Below, one piece after another: positions 8,119 through 10,291 of a stretch of DNA of 10,291 nt; positions within the stretch are counted from its first letter, which is position 1; each line of letters opens with the position of its first letter. Made by a program: the position numbers and the translations under genes. The notes beneath the pieces were generated by a model. That model worked only from the letters and a program-made list of their open reading frames with translations. It was not told where the DNA came from and ran no database searches. Source of the DNA: Octopus sinensis (lineage: Eukaryota); NCBI RefSeq assembly GCF_006345805.1, contig NW_021827474.1, forward strand, positions 1-10,291. The letters are read 5' to 3'.

Positions 8119-8236
8119 ATATATATATATATATATTATATATATATATATATATACACATATATATATATACATATATATATATATACATACATATATA
8201 TATATATACATTCATACATATATATATATATATATA

Positions 8237-8361
8237 TGGCCTGGTCGCTTAGCTAGCCAGCGGGGTGGCGTCATTTGGAGGCTAAAACAATGCGAAGCGT
8301 ATTGTGACCAGCGATGTGTAGCAACATATGATAGCCTGGTCTGTCACGGTGATCACAGTGA
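8237..8361. repeat. About 125-bp GC-richer island inside (TA)n; probable short dispersed repeat
   Basis: ggcctggtcgcttagctagccagcggggtggcgtcatttggaggctaaaacaatgcgaagcgtattgtgaccagcgatg...gtcacggtgatcacagtga has sharp TA boundaries and resembles a repeat I recall from Octopus; unverified. Confidence 0.5.
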
Positions 8362-8447
8362 TATATAATATATATATATATATATATAGATATATATATC
8401 ATATATATATATAATATATATATATATATATACATATAATATTATAG

Positions 8448-8650
8448 AATATGGGTACAGGACATTACCAAAACTTCAAACGACACGAATACCGAAACAA
8501 ACGAGTTGAATACATAAACAACGAGAAAAAGATGGAAAACAGGACAAGCAAACACAGAGAGAGGACCCTTCATCAGTTGTCGGCTGTCTATCTACTCCTC
8601 ATTTCGAGCATTCAACGACCAATATGAGTCTTCAAAGACAATTGCTACAC
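8448..8650. repeat. About 200-bp island inside (TA)n; probable dispersed repeat fragment
   Basis: Sharp microsatellite boundaries, non-coding; family not identified. Confidence 0.4.
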
Positions 8651-8687
8651 CACACAACACATACATATATTATATATATATATATAT

Positions 8688-8730
<43 letters not shown>

Positions 8731-8755
8731 GTGTGTGTATATATATATATATGTG

Positions 8756-8829
<74 letters not shown>

Positions 8830-8837
8830 GTATATAT

Positions 8838-9225
8838 ATCATCATCATCATCATCACCATGGCTCGGCTTCGCGAACGGAGATCAGGAAGGCTGTCCACT
8901 TCGCGCGCATGCACGCTCATGACTGACAAGTCCGATATGGGAAAGGCAGGTCTGTGAGTAGTATCCACAGACGAAGGTAATATCCGGTGAGGTGTCAGAG
9001 GCCGCTTGCGCCTTCCTCTTGCGTCCCTTGTCTTTAAGCGCGTCTCTTCTTTGTTCCTCAAACTTGCTGACTGCGTTGAAGATCGTGTGACGCCAGACAT
9101 CACGGTCCACAGCCGGGTCTGACCAGCATTGGTGGTTAATATGACATGCTGTTAGAGACTTCTTGAGGCAGTCTTTGTAGCGCTTCCTCGGAGCTCCTCT
9201 CACTCGTTGGCCGGTGGATAGTTCG
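8838..9225 (-). mobile_element. 5'-truncated RTE-clade (BovB-like) LINE 3' end: ORF C-terminus, short 3' UTR and (GAT)n tail
   Basis: An uninterrupted frame from 9224 to the TGA at 8883-8885 reads ELSTGQRVRGAPRKRYKDCLKKSLTACHINHQCWSDPAVDRDVWRHTIFNAVSKFEEQRRDALKDKGRKRKAQAA...FVCGYYSQTCLSHIGLVSHERAC. This is the typical RTE C-terminus (GEL..G.R..G..RKRYKD.LK..L; W...A.DR..WR; C2H2-like finger IGL.SH.R). It has a 3' UTR of about 27 bp and an (ATC)6 tail at 8838-8855, with (TA)n on both sides. Confidence 0.93.
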
Positions 9226-9362
9226 TATATATATATATATACACACACACATACATACGTATACACATATACGCATGCGTATATGTTTGTGTGTATGTCT
9301 GTGTACATTAACATGTATACATTTATATACGTGTGTATGAGTGTTGGGTGTGTATGTATTTG
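9226..9362. repeat. Compound (TA)/(CA)/(GT) microsatellite
   Basis: Directly visible. Confidence 0.92.
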
Positions 9363-10056
9363 TGTAAGTCAGTGTATTGGGGGGAAAAAATGGCGCCTTG
9401 TGTTACGATCCTAAAGAGATGTAATTGAACATAGAGATATCAAGTAGGCGAAGTTAGTCATTGGATAAGTAAAAAGACAGTGATTTTAGAAAGGAAAAGA
9501 AGCAAGACTATAAAAGACAGAAGATGAAAATTAAAACAACTGTAGCTTAGGAAAAAAATGCTTTGAAAAAATACAGGAGAAATAGAGTGAGGAGAGATTA
9601 AGATTTCAGACTTTACACAGCATGCGATTGAAAGAGTATTAGATTTCATCTTCTAAAGAGATTAATGAAGAAAGTTAAAGCTAGCAAGACGGTTAGGGAT
9701 TAGGTGAAATATATACCATGAGGATTAGGTTTGAATATAATGAGTATATATTTAGGTTAACAAAAATATGAAACATTATGACAGATAAATCGATAATTAT
9801 TTAACAAATAAAACGATGGCAAGAGTCGGATCTATGTGTTCGTGAAGGCATCTCTAAAAAAGTGTTTGACCTGAACTGCTAATTGTAGCAGTTAAATTTC
9901 TCTCTAATCACACCATGACAAATTGAAACAAAGACGGATATATTAAATAATGTAATTCTAAGTATCACTTAAACTATAGGGAGATCACAGATGGGATAGC
10001 CTGACCTACAGTTAAACAAGAAATTATCCAAATATACGACAAAGGAGCCTCTAAAT

Positions 10057-10165
10057 TAGTGGTTTTTAACCAGGGTTTATATGGTCCTGGGGGGGGTCAG
10101 CACAAAATTTTGCTGTTTTAATTTATGGGTAATAAATTGTTTATACTTCTATAAGATACTTTTTT
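10057..10165 (+). mobile_element. Left end of a decayed hAT (Charlie-like) non-autonomous element
   Basis: TAGTGGTTTTTAACCAGGG resembles the CAGTGGTT[T/C]TCAACC hAT terminus. The preceding 8 bp CTCTAAAT (10049-10056) fits the NTCTAGAN target preference, and a gg..cc.ggggggg subterminal motif follows. The other end is not in the window. Confidence 0.55.
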
Positions 10166-10167
10166 AA

Positions 10168-10291
10168 TTCTTTTACTTGTTTCAGTCATTTGACTATGGC
10201 CATGCTGGAGTAGCAACTTTAGCCGAGCAAATCGACCCCAGACTTATTCTTTATAAGCCTAGTACTTATTCTATCGGTGTCTTTCGCCGAG
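10168..10291 (-). mobile_element. 3' tail of a third SINE family, running off the window end
   Basis: The - strand ends ...ctccagcatggccatagtcaaatgactgaaacaagtaaaagaat, preceded by ...ataagtactaggcttataaagaataagtctggggtcgatttgctcggctaaa. It matches my recollection of an abundant Octopus SINE tail. Confidence 0.75.

Larger units (their letters stand above)
8070..8837. repeat. (TA)n-dominated microsatellite region (about 8070-8236, 8362-8447, 8660-8837) with two unique-looking islands
   Basis: Directly visible. Confidence 0.95.

Noticed and set aside
8565-8615. Minus-strand GAAA ... CTGATGA pair (CTGATGA at 8570-8576) suggesting a Penelope-type hammerhead
   Set aside because: Stem I and III pairing and the G10.1-C11.1 pair do not fit, and no Penelope ORF or tandem pLTR is visible.
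8645-9103. 152-aa - strand ORF overlapping the RTE fragment
   Set aside because: Alternative frame of the RTE 3' end running into the (GAT)n tail and (TA)n tract; the RTE-like frame is 8883..9224.
9874-9893. 8-bp hairpin AACTGCTA-attg-TAGCAGTT
   Set aside because: An isolated short stem inside a probable old repeat, with no further structure or terminator-like context.

Overview
AT-rich, repeat-dominated eukaryotic DNA with no host protein-coding gene that I can support. The SINE families, the RTE LINE and the long (TA)n/(TATG)n tracts match my recollection of an Octopus-like cephalopod genome; this is not database-checked. In order, the window holds: a SINE fragment; a decayed mariner left end with the transposase N-terminus (- strand); a unique promoter-like motif cluster (CRE, ETS, CCAAT); compound microsatellites; a candidate ~1.6 kb piggyBac-like non-autonomous element (12-bp TIRs, CTAA/TTAA flanks) enclosing a SINE and an inverted copy of a ~500 bp LINE-microsatellite-SINE composite that also occurs at 7430-7949; a convergent array of six copies of a second SINE family; a hairpin-dense GC-richer segment; a CR1/L2-type reverse transcriptase relic; a 5'-truncated RTE LINE 3' end with an open frame; a hAT-like end; and a third SINE tail. 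Most ORFs in the supplied track are microsatellite artefacts. Repeat boundaries were read by eye and are approximate (about +/-10-20 bp unless a motif is quoted).
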